Of a stretch of DNA of 20,000 bases, positions 1 through 9,047 are shown piece after piece. The stretch comes from an uncultured virus (IMG/VR IMGVR_UViG_3300037963_002172) (Duplodnaviria > Heunggongvirae > Uroviricota > Caudoviricetes). Location of the stretch: the IMG/VR virus record IMGVR_UViG_3300037963_002172. One strand, 5' to 3'. Made by a program: the position numbers and the translations under genes. Below the pieces are notes generated by a model. It did no database searches. It had not been told where the DNA came from and saw only the letters and a program-made list of their open reading frames with translations. Position 1 is the first letter of the stretch, and each line of letters begins with the position of its first letter.

Positions 1-1
1 C

Positions 2-349
2 GAAATAGAAGGAACGCCTTACAAAAAAGGAAAAGACTCAACCACGTTCCCTTCAGTTGAGTACGCAGAAGAGCTTGGTAAATGGATTAGAAATGATGAA
101 GACAGAAATGCATTAGAACAAATGCTCAAAGCAATATATGAGTTTGCTCAGTTTAGATTAGGGGTTCAGTTAGATATTTTTGAATATCCATTACAGCAAG
201 CAGTAGAGGGAGAAAACCATTGGGTGTATGATTTCCTACGAATGATGCGTGTGCCTAAAAGTCAAATACCAAAACGTTTCTTGCCGCCTGATAAAACTAA
301 GAAGAGAAAGAAAAAAACTTATAAGAAAAAAAGAACTAGACAATTATAA
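2..349 (+). CDS. 3' end of a gene entering from the left edge, unknown function, Lys/Arg-rich C-terminus
   Basis: The frame of ORF 122..349 is open back to position 2 (EIEGTPYKKGKDSTTF...). Confidence 0.65.
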   Translation, partial: EIEGTPYKKGKDSTTFPSVEYAEELGKWIRNDEDRNALEQMLKAIYEFAQFRLGVQLDIFEYPLQQAVEGENHWVYDFLRMMRVPKSQIPKRFLPPDKTKKRKKKTYKKKRTRQL

Positions 350-351
350 CT

Positions 352-492
352 ATGCCATTTACTAAGATAGGAAAGAACAAATATAAAAGTCCAAGTGGAA
401 GAATCTTTACAGAAAAACAAGTGAAGTTATATTATGCTACAGATGGTTTCAAAAACAAAAGACCCAAGCGTGGCGATTTCAAAAGGTCTTAA
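352..492 (+). CDS. small basic hypothetical protein (46 aa, MPFTKIGKNKYKSPSGRIFTEKQVKLYYATDGF...)
   Basis: Translated by hand. ATG lies 2 nt after the previous stop; TAA at 490-492 overlaps the convergent stop of the phosphoesterase. Confidence 0.65.
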   Translation: MPFTKIGKNKYKSPSGRIFTEKQVKLYYATDGFKNKRPKRGDFKRS

Positions 493-1577
493 AAGTAATG
501 TGTTAGTCTAGCTACCTGACCACTTTCATTGTGGTGTATAAAACCCTCACAAGCTTTAGGAGTTCCAGTAAAACCTTTACGACTGTGCCAGCTGTCCGTA
601 CCACTTGGAGACCGCATATATTCTACGCTAACACCTATAAAGTCTTTTCCGTCTAACCATTTGTGTTTTACTTTATGATGAATGTGGTGTAGGTACCAAT
701 ACCTATGAGTCGTAGACGACCAATCTTTAGGGTTCTCTTGTGCCATAAGCAAAGGCAGTGCGTCCATCTTTGCACCATCACCGTGCTCTAAACCTATGAG
801 GTTAGTGCCATACTTATAATACTTTCTGTGGGCTACCCCTATATCAAATTTCACATCTTTAGCTTTTCTAAACCAACTCTTCAAGGTGTGTGCTAGATGA
901 AAACCCGATTGGTAATCGTGATTACTCATACTATGCAGGACATCTACAGGTGCTACCTGTCTGAGCAACTCTATACATTTTACATATAACATTAAAGCTA
1001 TTTCGTAATGTTCCCACCATTTACCATCTGTGTCTTGATAAGTTCCTTTTGTAGTTGTACTGTATACGTTATCAATATGAAGGATATCATTGCCTATACA
1101 AAACAAAACTCGGTCAATGTCAAAACCAGTTGACTTGTTTATTAGACCTATTACTCCTTCTATTACTCTACTTACTGCTGTTTCACAATCATATTTTTCT
1201 CCAGTTTCTAGCTCACTGGCATACTTTCCAATATGTATGTCTGCTGGATTAACTATCAACAGATGGTCTCCTGATGGAATTTCGATGGGTTCATAGCTAG
1301 GGGAATAAGTTTCGATAAAGCTGTTTACTTTATCCCATATTTGATTTTCTTCTAGCCCTATGTTTTCTTTAGTAACTACGGAGAATCTATAATCTCCACT
1401 TCCGCTTTGCCAATGTTTTACACTGACTACATCTTTTTTGTTGATGCCTCTTTCTTTTAAGTGTATGTCAAGTGCGGAATTATTATTTATGTTATCTACA
1501 ACGGTTGCTCTTCTCTGTAGAATTAAATCTACTTCTTCTGTTGAAAGCCTGAGTCGTTTACCGTATTCTTTTGCCAT
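489..1577 (-). CDS. calcineurin-like metallophosphoesterase
   Basis: Motifs DIHIG, GNDILH, SNHD, EHGD and HHIHH occur in the canonical order. Confidence 0.85.
   Translation of the reverse strand: MAKEYGKRLRLSTEEVDLILQRRATVVDNINNNSALDIHLKERGINKKDVVSVKHWQSGSGDYRFSVVTKENIGLEENQIWDKVNSFIETYSPSYEPIEIPSGDHLLIVNPADIHIGKYASELETGEKYDCETAVSRVIEGVIGLINKSTGFDIDRVLFCIGNDILHIDNVYSTTTKGTYQDTDGKWWEHYEIALMLYVKCIELLRQVAPVDVLHSMSNHDYQSGFHLAHTLKSWFRKAKDVKFDIGVAHRKYYKYGTNLIGLEHGDGAKMDALPLLMAQENPKDWSSTTHRYWYLHHIHHKVKHKWLDGKDFIGVSVEYMRSPSGTDSWHSRKGFTGTPKACEGFIHHNESGQVARLTHYF
708..723 (-). repeat. quasi-palindrome TTGGTCGTnnACGACT, copy 1 (intragenic)
   Basis: Minus strand reads TTGGTCGTCTACGACT. Confidence 0.85.
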
Positions 1578-1578
1578 A

Positions 1579-1767
1579 TTATATTTCGTCTTCCACCGAA
1601 TCTTGTAACGAGGAAAGAATCTTAATAATAAGAGCAGAATCTTTTTTTACTTCGGTGTAATGTCCATCAACAAAGTTTTCATAAAGATTGTCTAGGGAGT
1701 CGTGTATCTCTTTCATCGTAAAATTGATGAACTTCAACTTATCTTTCTCTACTCCTTGGCTAACCAT
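1579..1767 (-). CDS. hypothetical protein (62 aa)
   Basis: ORF packed tightly in the operon, ending 1 nt before the next ATG. Confidence 0.65.
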   Translation of the reverse strand: MVSQGVEKDKLKFINFTMKEIHDSLDNLYENFVDGHYTEVKKDSALIIKILSSLQDSVEDEI

Positions 1768-1799
1768 TTATCCTATATTCTTTTACATTTTGACTAACT

Positions 1800-2204
1800 T
1801 TAGTCTTGTTTTAGACATTTGGATAAAGATAATAAATTATTTTGTTTTTTGAGTTTTTTGACAAGAAAAATTAATTCAGCTCTGGTTAGCTCTGAATACT
1901 CATCAGCGTCTTCGCCAATTAGTTCCAGGCACTGCTTGTATTTAATTAGCAGTTCGTTGTCGTAGGACAACAACCAATCAATACTTTTTACATAATGTAA
2001 AACAGAGGCGTGATTTTTTTGTAATGAGAATGCTATGGACTTGAATGTATTTCTTTTATCTCTTAATATTTTAGAGTAAATCATTCTTGCATTTACATAG
2101 TTTCTTTGTCGTGAAGGTGAAAGTATATCTATACCAAACACAGAGTCTACTGCGTTTTTTACTTTCTTAAACTTACGTGTATCGTATTCTGCTAAGTATG
2201 TCAT
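1800..2204 (-). CDS. stand-alone DnaA C-terminal (domain IV)-like HTH DNA-binding protein
   Basis: VFGIDILSPSRQRNYVNARMIY...SIAFSLQKNHASVLHYVKSI matches the domain IV pattern (SR.R..V.AR...IG..F.RDHTTV.HA). Confidence 0.75.
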   Translation of the reverse strand: MTYLAEYDTRKFKKVKNAVDSVFGIDILSPSRQRNYVNARMIYSKILRDKRNTFKSIAFSLQKNHASVLHYVKSIDWLLSYDNELLIKYKQCLELIGEDADEYSELTRAELIFLVKKLKKQNNLLSLSKCLKQD

Positions 2205-2523
2205 CGTTTAGTTTTAATGTTGTGTTGTTGTTAATGTGGTCTAAGTATGTATCAGCATCGGTTTCTACTATGCTTAAAAATACTGGCACTTCATCACTCT
2301 GATGAAAGTATTCTATTTCAAAGAAAAAGCTATGTGGTTTTGTAATTACTCCTCCTACTGCTTGCGTCCACCCATCTAGTTGAGGTAAATAATCTGCATT
2401 ACAATCCATTAGAACAGCTACTGGAACACTGTACTCTATGGGAAAACTTCTTAGTTGCTCTAAGAAACCTTCGTCCATATCGTACTCTGGCCTAGCCTCT
2501 ATATATTTCTGTTTTAAAGCCAT
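2173..2523 (-). CDS. hypothetical acidic protein
   Basis: 116 aa ORF overlapping both neighbours in the operon. Confidence 0.7.
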   Translation of the reverse strand: MALKQKYIEARPEYDMDEGFLEQLRSFPIEYSVPVAVLMDCNADYLPQLDGWTQAVGGVITKPHSFFFEIEYFHQSDEVPVFLSIVETDADTYLDHINNNTTLKLNDDILSRIRYT

Positions 2524-2731
2524 ACTCTTCTAATTCTTTTAATCTATACTCTTGTAGTATAGAAAGTCTACCCTTTGGTTTTTTAACTTCGCTGAATAAA
2601 ACTTCGCAATCTCGAGGCAATGCAATGATATCTGGAATACCATTCTTATTTGTCTTCATTAATTTAATTACGTAGTAACCTTCTGCTTCAAGCTCATCAA
2701 TCCTTTTCTTTTGAATCTGCTGCTCTGTCAT
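2492..2731 (-). CDS. VRR-NUC domain nuclease (putative resolvase)
   Basis: E...GIPDII...FSEVKKPKGRLSILQ: PD-(D/E)xK VRR-NUC signature, next to an SNF2 helicase. Confidence 0.85.
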   Translation of the reverse strand: MTEQQIQKKRIDELEAEGYYVIKLMKTNKNGIPDIIALPRDCEVLFSEVKKPKGRLSILQEYRLKELEEYGFKTEIYRG

Positions 2732-2732
2732 A

Positions 2733-3968
2733 TTACAAAGCTAAGAAATCTCTTTTAAAGTGATTTAGAGTATAATCTTTTTTCTTTGTAACAGCTTTGT
2801 ATATTTGTTTTTCTATTCCGTCCCTAGCAAAAACCCAGTACACATTATTCTTTAATCTATTCTTTGTTGTCATTCTATCCCTTGACTGCCAATAACTTGT
2901 AGCTGAAAAATCTATATTATAATAAACTAAGGCAGACGCTTTCCTTAAAGATATTCCTTCTCTTCCACTCACAATTTGCAGGGCAATAGATTTATCTGTT
3001 GTGTTGAACTCTTCCAAATTGGTCGTCAACGACTCTTTTCCAAATACACTTTTTAAAGCATCAAGCTCCGCTACAAACTTGTAGAATATACCTATCTTTT
3101 TATTTTTAAACTTACGTTTTATAAACTCTGCTTTGGAATTATCTAATACGTGTGAAGCACCTGACTCAAACTTTACTGTGCCTGAAAACATTTGATGAAT
3201 CTTGCTCATCAACTTCACGGCTGTGTCGCCTAACACTACCTCTTCATTTCCCATTAACACTTTGTCTTTTTTCAGTTTTTTTATTAAGTAGTACGTCTTC
3301 TCTTTCATTTCAACCGTCAATATATTTTCTGTTGTTTCGACTTTGAAGCCAGCCTCTTTCTGTGTGTATGAAATAGTGTATGGTCTCATTGATTCTAAAA
3401 TTTTCTGCGTCCCTCCACTGTAATCTTTTATATGCATTATACCTATAGGACGCATTTGAACATTTACATAATCATCACAAAACCTATAGAAATTTTTATA
3501 CTGAGAAAAAGGATTGGTTGGTATCCCATAAACTTGATGGTACATTTGACTATAGCTTTCAGGAGTAGGAGTTCCTGATAGTAAAATAACATACGGATTA
3601 TGTTTGGTTAGCAGGGCCTTGACCTGCTTGGCCCGCTTGCTTGGTTTTGGATAAGCTCCCATTGTATGAGCTTCATCACAAATAACAACTGACCAATTTT
3701 CTTCTGGTATCTTGTGTATACTTTCATAATTAATTACATATAAGTTGTAATCAGGATTAAGTAAATCATAATCAGAGCGTATACTTGATATAGCTTTCTT
3801 TTTGGTAATAAATAAAACATCACCGTTATCATAAAAATATTCTGCTAACTTCAAAGACGTAAGAGTTTTTCCCGTCCTCACCTCCATAGCTAAATATAAA
3901 AATCTATGTGAATGTAACACTTGTAACCCTTGTGTTACAATCTCTTTCTGGTAGGGTCTGAGTTCCAT
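2733..3968 (-). CDS. SNF2-like superfamily 2 helicase
   Basis: LRPYQ, Walker A (EVRTGKT), DEAH, LSGTP, GREGISL and QSRDR. Confidence 0.9.
   Translation of the reverse strand: MELRPYQKEIVTQGLQVLHSHRFLYLAMEVRTGKTLTSLKLAEYFYDNGDVLFITKKKAISSIRSDYDLLNPDYNLYVINYESIHKIPEENWSVVICDEAHTMGAYPKPSKRAKQVKALLTKHNPYVILLSGTPTPESYSQMYHQVYGIPTNPFSQYKNFYRFCDDYVNVQMRPIGIMHIKDYSGGTQKILESMRPYTISYTQKEAGFKVETTENILTVEMKEKTYYLIKKLKKDKVLMGNEEVVLGDTAVKLMSKIHQMFSGTVKFESGASHVLDNSKAEFIKRKFKNKKIGIFYKFVAELDALKSVFGKESLTTNLEEFNTTDKSIALQIVSGREGISLRKASALVYYNIDFSATSYWQSRDRMTTKNRLKNNVYWVFARDGIEKQIYKAVTKKKDYTLNHFKRDFLAL
3019..3034 (+). repeat. quasi-palindrome TTGGTCGTnnACGACT, copy 2 (intragenic)
   Basis: TTGGTCGTCAACGACT inside the helicase gene. 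Confidence 0.85.
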
Positions 3969-4192
3969 TTATTTATTCGTTTGCTGATGTTAATACATTT
4001 TTCATACTCTTCTTCTTCTATAAAAAACTGAAGCATATTATACATAAAGTCTTTTGTGTAAGGTGCAAAAGGATTATGAGCAAAGTAATATTTGTCTGAC
4101 TCCATTATCTCTTCTTCGTTTCCATCTTCAAATAAAACTTTATACGAGTTTCGCATAGCTATGTCTAATACTTCTTTGTCTGATTTCGCCAT
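3935..4192 (-). CDS. hypothetical protein with a UVR-like EEYEKC motif
   Basis: FFIEEEEYEKCINI; start overlaps the primase stop. Confidence 0.65.
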   Translation of the reverse strand: MAKSDKEVLDIAMRNSYKVLFEDGNEEEIMESDKYYFAHNPFAPYTKDFMYNMLQFFIEEEEYEKCINISKRINKWNSDPTRKRL

Positions 4193-6606
4193 TAGAAAGG
4201 TAGGGTTGGGTCTTTAGGTTTTTGTTTTGTTTTAAATATAATCCATCGCCCGTGCATATCCCTTCCTTCATCTGGCATTACGCCTCCGCTAAATAATCCA
4301 TAAGCTGTAAGCCATTTGTTAAATCTAGTTCTAGATATTGTCATCTTCGACTTAGGTGCGTAATCAGGGTTTTCCTCAATAAAATCGTAGTACAGTTCTT
4401 GTTTGTAAATTCTTGTATTTGTTTGCAGCTTGCTGTTAATAGATTGACCGTGCAGTAATCCACACCACTCAATAAATTCGTGTGAGGTTTCAGCTGAAAG
4501 CTGTCTCACTTCTAAGTTTACAAAGGAAGATTTAATTAAACCTTCGTTCAAGTGCAGCTGTAAACAATCTACCATATAGTTATCAAAAATACACCACTCA
4601 GAATCATCCCAGTCTCCAAACATAAGTTTATTAAATTCATCTAAAGGAGAGTAAGCTTTATTGTAATGTTGGTGTAGTTCTATTTCCCATTTACGCCTGG
4701 CAAAAGAGTTTCCAGAACCTTTGATTGCATAGTTTGTTGTTATGGCTATCTTTGGAGATTTACTAAAAGGTATTTTAATAGCATCTTTGTTTTTCTTTTC
4801 TAATGTTAGTCCTTCTGTTACCACCGAAAACAATCTCTCAAAATCAAAATATTTTTTTACATCATCAAAGCATAAGATTTGAGTATCCGCTGATACTAAC
4901 TGGTAAGCGAAAGACCTTTCAAAGTTGAAAGACTTTCCATCAATAAACACCAACTTCTTCATATGTGCAAGAGCATTCATAAACAAACCTTTACCAGTCC
5001 CACCTTCTGGATTGTCTGATATAACTTCATCATTTAAAATAACAGCTGGAGAGAATGATAAATTTTTATAACCGTGCATCAAATAACCAATGGTACTTTC
5101 CATTGTAGAAATACGTGATGAGTTCTGTCCGCATATGTTTGCAACAAATTGTTTGTAGTCGCAGTCCTTTACCTTGCATATTGTAAAGATTCTATTTATA
5201 ACTTGTTCTCTCCAAACGTAACCACCCAAGTCTAAGTAATCAATTGGAACAACTTCATCTTTAGTAATCTTTACTGCACAGTTTCGGTAATACAAGTAAG
5301 CTTCATCTTTAGTGTCTTCAATAAAATAAACCTCTATTGTAGATAGTAGTGATAGAAATTCTTCTTTAAAAAATCTAGTATGGTCAGCAAAGTAATTGTA
5401 GATACTCATATCTTCTAACTTCAATAGAGTATCTAATACAAAGTCCTTAATTTCTTTTTCTGAGGTGTGGTCTATTAAGTTGTTTGACACTTTTACAAAG
5501 ACGTAGTTTCTACTACCTTCGGGACAAAATTTGTAGAACCCGTGGTCTTCCAAAAATTGTTTAAATAAAATGTGAACAATCTTAATTACCCCTTTGTTTG
5601 ATTTAGTCCAAAATATTTGATGCTTGTTTTCTTCATCTGCTCTTTCAAGCACTGAATTAATTACTTCGGTATCAAATGAAGCATCTTCTAATTGACACCT
5701 GATTTCATTTTTTGGGACTCCTTGTTTTAATTTAATTTTTATGTCGCTGATTCTATCTTCATCTTCATAATATTTAGTTCCAAAGTTATGAGTGTTACTG
5801 TACGCAGACTTTATTGTTCTCTTTATTTCTTCTAAATTAAAATCTTTATTAGCATACTGACCTAGCACGTAAGATGCCAAGCTTTCACTTATGCCATAGT
5901 CATTGAATGCAGCTGCTAATACGTAAGCGTTCTGGTTTCTTTGACCCTCGTTCATTGGAAATTTTTTCTCCCACCATTTAACCAGTATCTCTACAATTTT
6001 ATTTTCATCTGTAATTGGAATTGTTACTGGGTCTATATGTTTTTTTACTTCTCTGTATTCTATCTCCTCAATTGTTGTCCATTCTTCACTATCATTATTA
6101 ATATGAATTAGAGGGTCATAACTTTCGTAACAAACTCTTGATATGTTTTTTGTAGTCTTGTCAAAGTAGTTTGAATTAAAATATTTATCTAACGATTGAA
6201 AATATCTTGTGTGGTTTTCTTTGTCTCTAGGTATCTTGACTAGAACCTTAAGGCCATTACCCGAAGGCGAAACAAAAACCGAGAATACATATTTGTTTTT
6301 AGTTAACATTTCTTTGTCCTTCAACATATCTTTGACTTTTCCATAGCCATCGAAATCTAGACAAATTAATCCGCTATGCTCAATAAGACTGTTGTCTTGT
6401 CTCTTTGTAAAAGTTCCAGAAAAACACACGGCTGGTAAAAGTTTTTTAATTTCATTTCTTTTGGCCTTATCTTTTTCTTGCCTTATTCTCTTGACTAAAT
6501 CTTTGGAGGAGCCGTTCTTAATTCTTTCCAATATAGTGAAAGCATCACGGTGAAAGGGGGTTGTAGTTTCTTTAATGTTCTGGAATATCGTTATAGCGTG
6601 TGTCAT
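4192..6606 (-). CDS. primase-helicase: VirE-N/BT4734-like primase domain, PriCT domain and P-loop (SF3-like) helicase
   Basis: KKLLPAVCFSGTF, HSGLICLDFD, FVSPSGNGLK, SRVCYESYDP; GQRN (PriCT); Walker A GGTGKG; Walker B ILCFDD. Confidence 0.88.
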   Translation of the reverse strand: MTHAITIFQNIKETTTPFHRDAFTILERIKNGSSKDLVKRIRQEKDKAKRNEIKKLLPAVCFSGTFTKRQDNSLIEHSGLICLDFDGYGKVKDMLKDKEMLTKNKYVFSVFVSPSGNGLKVLVKIPRDKENHTRYFQSLDKYFNSNYFDKTTKNISRVCYESYDPLIHINNDSEEWTTIEEIEYREVKKHIDPVTIPITDENKIVEILVKWWEKKFPMNEGQRNQNAYVLAAAFNDYGISESLASYVLGQYANKDFNLEEIKRTIKSAYSNTHNFGTKYYEDEDRISDIKIKLKQGVPKNEIRCQLEDASFDTEVINSVLERADEENKHQIFWTKSNKGVIKIVHILFKQFLEDHGFYKFCPEGSRNYVFVKVSNNLIDHTSEKEIKDFVLDTLLKLEDMSIYNYFADHTRFFKEEFLSLLSTIEVYFIEDTKDEAYLYYRNCAVKITKDEVVPIDYLDLGGYVWREQVINRIFTICKVKDCDYKQFVANICGQNSSRISTMESTIGYLMHGYKNLSFSPAVILNDEVISDNPEGGTGKGLFMNALAHMKKLVFIDGKSFNFERSFAYQLVSADTQILCFDDVKKYFDFERLFSVVTEGLTLEKKNKDAIKIPFSKSPKIAITTNYAIKGSGNSFARRKWEIELHQHYNKAYSPLDEFNKLMFGDWDDSEWCIFDNYMVDCLQLHLNEGLIKSSFVNLEVRQLSAETSHEFIEWCGLLHGQSINSKLQTNTRIYKQELYYDFIEENPDYAPKSKMTISRTRFNKWLTAYGLFSGGVMPDEGRDMHGRWIIFKTKQKPKDPTLPF

Positions 6607-6608
6607 AG

Positions 6609-6780
6609 TATGTCGTTTATATGTCGTTTTTATGTCGTTTTTAATTTCATAAGTTGTTGATAATCAGTTGGTATGTCGATTATGTCGTATTTTTACACGT
6701 AAGTAAAAAAAAGAATAATAAATATATAATAAAAATTTAGAAGTTAAATATAAATTCATAAAAATTAACATATCGACACA
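6609..6780. repeat. iteron-like array A (putative origin or protein-binding element)
   Basis: TATGTCG at 6609, 6620, 6631, 6672 and 6681, then an ~85 bp AT-rich tract and an inverted CGACACA at 6774. Confidence 0.75.
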
Positions 6781-6791
6781 AAAAAAAACAT

Positions 6792-6821
6792 AAAAAAAGA
6801 GCCGTAAGAGACTCTCTTTTT
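6792..6821 (-). terminator. intrinsic terminator after the SSB gene
   Basis: Minus strand GAGAGUC-UCUUAC-GGCUCUU followed by a U run. Confidence 0.6.
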
Positions 6822-6836
6822 ACATTCATTACTAGA

Positions 6837-7127
6837 TTAGAAAGGTAGTGAAGTATCTTTCACTGGCTCCGCAACTGGCACTGGCTCTTCAACCTTTTCT
6901 TCAACCTTTTCTGCTGGCTTTTCATAGGGCTCGCTCAACGACAAACCGAAGTATTGTTCTTCTTGTCCTTGCTCATTAGTCCTAGTATTAATCCAACCTG
7001 CTAATTCCATCTGCTTGCCATCTGGCATAGCTAATGTACCTTTATAGTCTGGTTCTTTACTACCTTCTTTCTTGAACTTGTTTCTAAATAAATTCCCTTT
7101 GTTGGGATTGTGTTTGAATTCTGACAT
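6837..7127 (-). CDS. putative single-stranded DNA-binding protein (DUF736-like)
   Basis: GNLFRN...KEPDYKG...LAGW...FGLSL; acidic tail ending LPF; lies in the exonuclease/SSAP module. Confidence 0.7.
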   Translation of the reverse strand: MSEFKHNPNKGNLFRNKFKKEGSKEPDYKGTLAMPDGKQMELAGWINTRTNEQGQEEQYFGLSLSEPYEKPAEKVEEKVEEPVPVAEPVKDTSLPF

Positions 7128-7305
7128 TTTTATTAATTTTTATAGTTCGTTCCAAATGATTCATAGTCTCAAAGATTAAATCTTCTTTCTCGACTTTACT
7201 ATTAACGGACATTGGAACTCGTATCCACATAATAGTTTTGGGTGGGGTTCTTCGAGGAAGTTTACTCCTCAAATACCGCATAAACTTTACAATTTTTTGT
7301 TTCAC
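7084..7305 (-). CDS. hypothetical protein (true start may be the internal ATG of MRYLRSK)
   Basis: ORF track; overlaps its neighbours. Confidence 0.5.
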   Translation of the reverse strand: MKQKIVKFMRYLRSKLPRRTPPKTIMWIRVPMSVNSKVEKEDLIFETMNHLERTIKINKNVRIQTQSQQREFI

Positions 7306-7393
7306 AGATTAATTTTTTAGTTGTTTTTTTTATTTGTTTTTTATCCTCTTTGTGATACTTTGGGTTCTTAGAGTTTAATTTTCTTTTCTTCAT
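7262..7393 (-). CDS. small basic protein (43 aa, MKKRKLNSKNPKYH...VYAVFEE)
   Basis: Translated by hand; TAATG coupling to the exonuclease stop. Confidence 0.6.
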   Translation of the reverse strand: MKKRKLNSKNPKYHKEDKKQIKKTTKKLICETKNCKVYAVFEE

Positions 7394-8124
7394 TATAAAT
7401 CTTCATTAATATAAAACTGCTCAATATTTTCTATACTACCATCAGCAAAATATTTATTGTACATTTCCACTGCTCTTTCTACTTTGTATTCTCCTCGTTC
7501 TAAAAATTCTGGTGTTGGTCTAAACTTGCCTAACACTTTTGATTCTTTACAAATAACATAGAACTCTAAAGGTTTGCCAAACAATTCTTGATATAGATAA
7601 GCTTGACTATCATAATTATATGTACGTGCTGAAAATTTAAAACGAGAAATGTCAGCTGTACTTTTTATATCAATAACACAATTGTCTGTAACAATGTCTG
7701 CTTTGCCTTTCCACATTACGCCCTTGATTTTTTTCACAGCTGGCTCTTCAAACTTATTCCCAGTTTTATAAATTGGCATAGCAAAGTCAAAATTTCTCAG
7801 CATAGTTTCTTTTAGCTGTTGTGCTAATTCTTTTTCTTTTTCCAAAAGCATAACATCTACTTCTCGCATCGCTATCGTTTCTTTATATAGTTTTGTAGTT
7901 CTGCTACTTGCATCTACAAACTCCCAGTCAAATGCTTTATCTGGTTCTAAAATTAGTTGATGAAAGTATCTACCAAACAAAAAGTTTTTGTTATCGGGTA
8001 CTACTTTTCTAAATTCTATCGGGTTATTTAATAAGCTGCTTATATCTGAATTAGATAAAAAGCAACGACCGTAGCTCCCGTAATAGTCTTTATCGTTTCT
8101 TAGTTTTTTGAGTATTTTTTCCAT
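7393..8124 (-). CDS. PD-(D/E)xK exonuclease, RecE / DUF3799-like
   Basis: LSNS, FGRYFHQLILEP, WKGKADIV, VIDIKST and YDSQAYLY. Confidence 0.85.
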   Translation of the reverse strand: MEKILKKLRNDKDYYGSYGRCFLSNSDISSLLNNPIEFRKVVPDNKNFLFGRYFHQLILEPDKAFDWEFVDASSRTTKLYKETIAMREVDVMLLEKEKELAQQLKETMLRNFDFAMPIYKTGNKFEEPAVKKIKGVMWKGKADIVTDNCVIDIKSTADISRFKFSARTYNYDSQAYLYQELFGKPLEFYVICKESKVLGKFRPTPEFLERGEYKVERAVEMYNKYFADGSIENIEQFYINEDL

Positions 8125-8638
8125 TTGATATTGCGTTTGTTACTGTTTGTTTAACTTCTTCTGTAATGTTGTAGTTGTTATCTTTTAAGAACTTTATAAT
8201 GTATTCCATATTCTTATCTTTCTGCGGCAGCGTTGCTACCCATTTAAGAAACGCTTCAACATCTACATCTTGTACTTTGACTACTTTGTCGTTTAGTTTA
8301 TAGTTAGCAGTTTCCTCATAGCTTGCAACACCACTATCTATACCAATACCAAAGCAACCCAACGCCCTACCCCACGCACTAGTCTCTGCATTTTCTACGT
8401 AACTTCCTTTATTAATAAAGTTAGATGCTGCCTCTTCAAAGGCCAGACCAGTTGCTACTGTAAAACCAGATTCTTTATCTACAATCTTAGCTTTAACTAA
8501 AATAGTTGTACTTGTTTTTTCTAACACCTCAGTTACTAAACCGTACTTATGTTGGTAGGTTTCTCTAAAATGTTTTAATCGGTCGTGAACCATTACATAG
8601 TCCTTGCCCTGAATGTTTACTGTTTTTAATTTACTCAT
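8090..8638 (-). CDS. single-strand annealing protein (Sak/Rad52-like)
   Basis: IQGKDYVMVHDRL...ENAETSAWGRALG; adjacent to the exonuclease and SSB. Confidence 0.7.
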   Translation of the reverse strand: MSKLKTVNIQGKDYVMVHDRLKHFRETYQHKYGLVTEVLEKTSTTILVKAKIVDKESGFTVATGLAFEEAASNFINKGSYVENAETSAWGRALGCFGIGIDSGVASYEETANYKLNDKVVKVQDVDVEAFLKWVATLPQKDKNMEYIIKFLKDNNYNITEEVKQTVTNAISNGKNTQKTKKR

Positions 8639-9047
8639 TTGTTTGTTTTATTTGGTTTAACTTCTTGTTTACTTTTGTATATGAATTCATAATTCGCTCA
8701 CGAGCATTCTTAAGATTCATAATGTGTTTTGCATTCTTTCGTGTGTTAACTTCTCTCTTGATTTTGTTTTCAATCATTAAAAGTTTTCTACGATAGTTAG
8801 ACAAACATACGACAAAAACTGCATATCTCCAACCTTTTTGATAAAAAATTTCGTACTCTTCCTTTTTAATTTCTTGGTAGAAATCTCCGCCTATTGTTGT
8901 GTTGTGAATGATAGTATCTTTAGTGATTTTGTTCTGTTCTATTCTAATCCCAGACAAGATACGTGCTTCAAATTCTTCCCCATCTAACGTGGCTGAAAAC
9001 TCGTCTGCCTTTGCTTGTTCAAATACTTCTAAGAGAGTGTAACGCAT
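8631..9047 (-). CDS. hypothetical protein
   Basis: 138 aa ORF in the operon. Confidence 0.7.
   Translation of the reverse strand: MRYTLLEVFEQAKADEFSATLDGEEFEARILSGIRIEQNKITKDTIIHNTTIGGDFYQEIKKEEYEIFYQKGWRYAVFVVCLSNYRRKLLMIENKIKREVNTRKNAKHIMNLKNARERIMNSYTKVNKKLNQIKQTNE

Noticed and set aside
1055..1296. Plus-strand ORFs 1055..1252 and 1090..1296 (also 3152..3346, 10512..10859, 10832..11044, 12361..12564, 15007..15192, 15462..15824)
   Set aside because: Antisense shadows of well-supported minus-strand genes.
6609..6690. CRISPR or mini-array interpretation of the TATGTCG repeats
   Set aside because: The units are 7 bp with 2-4 bp gaps; there is no repeat-spacer structure and no cas gene.
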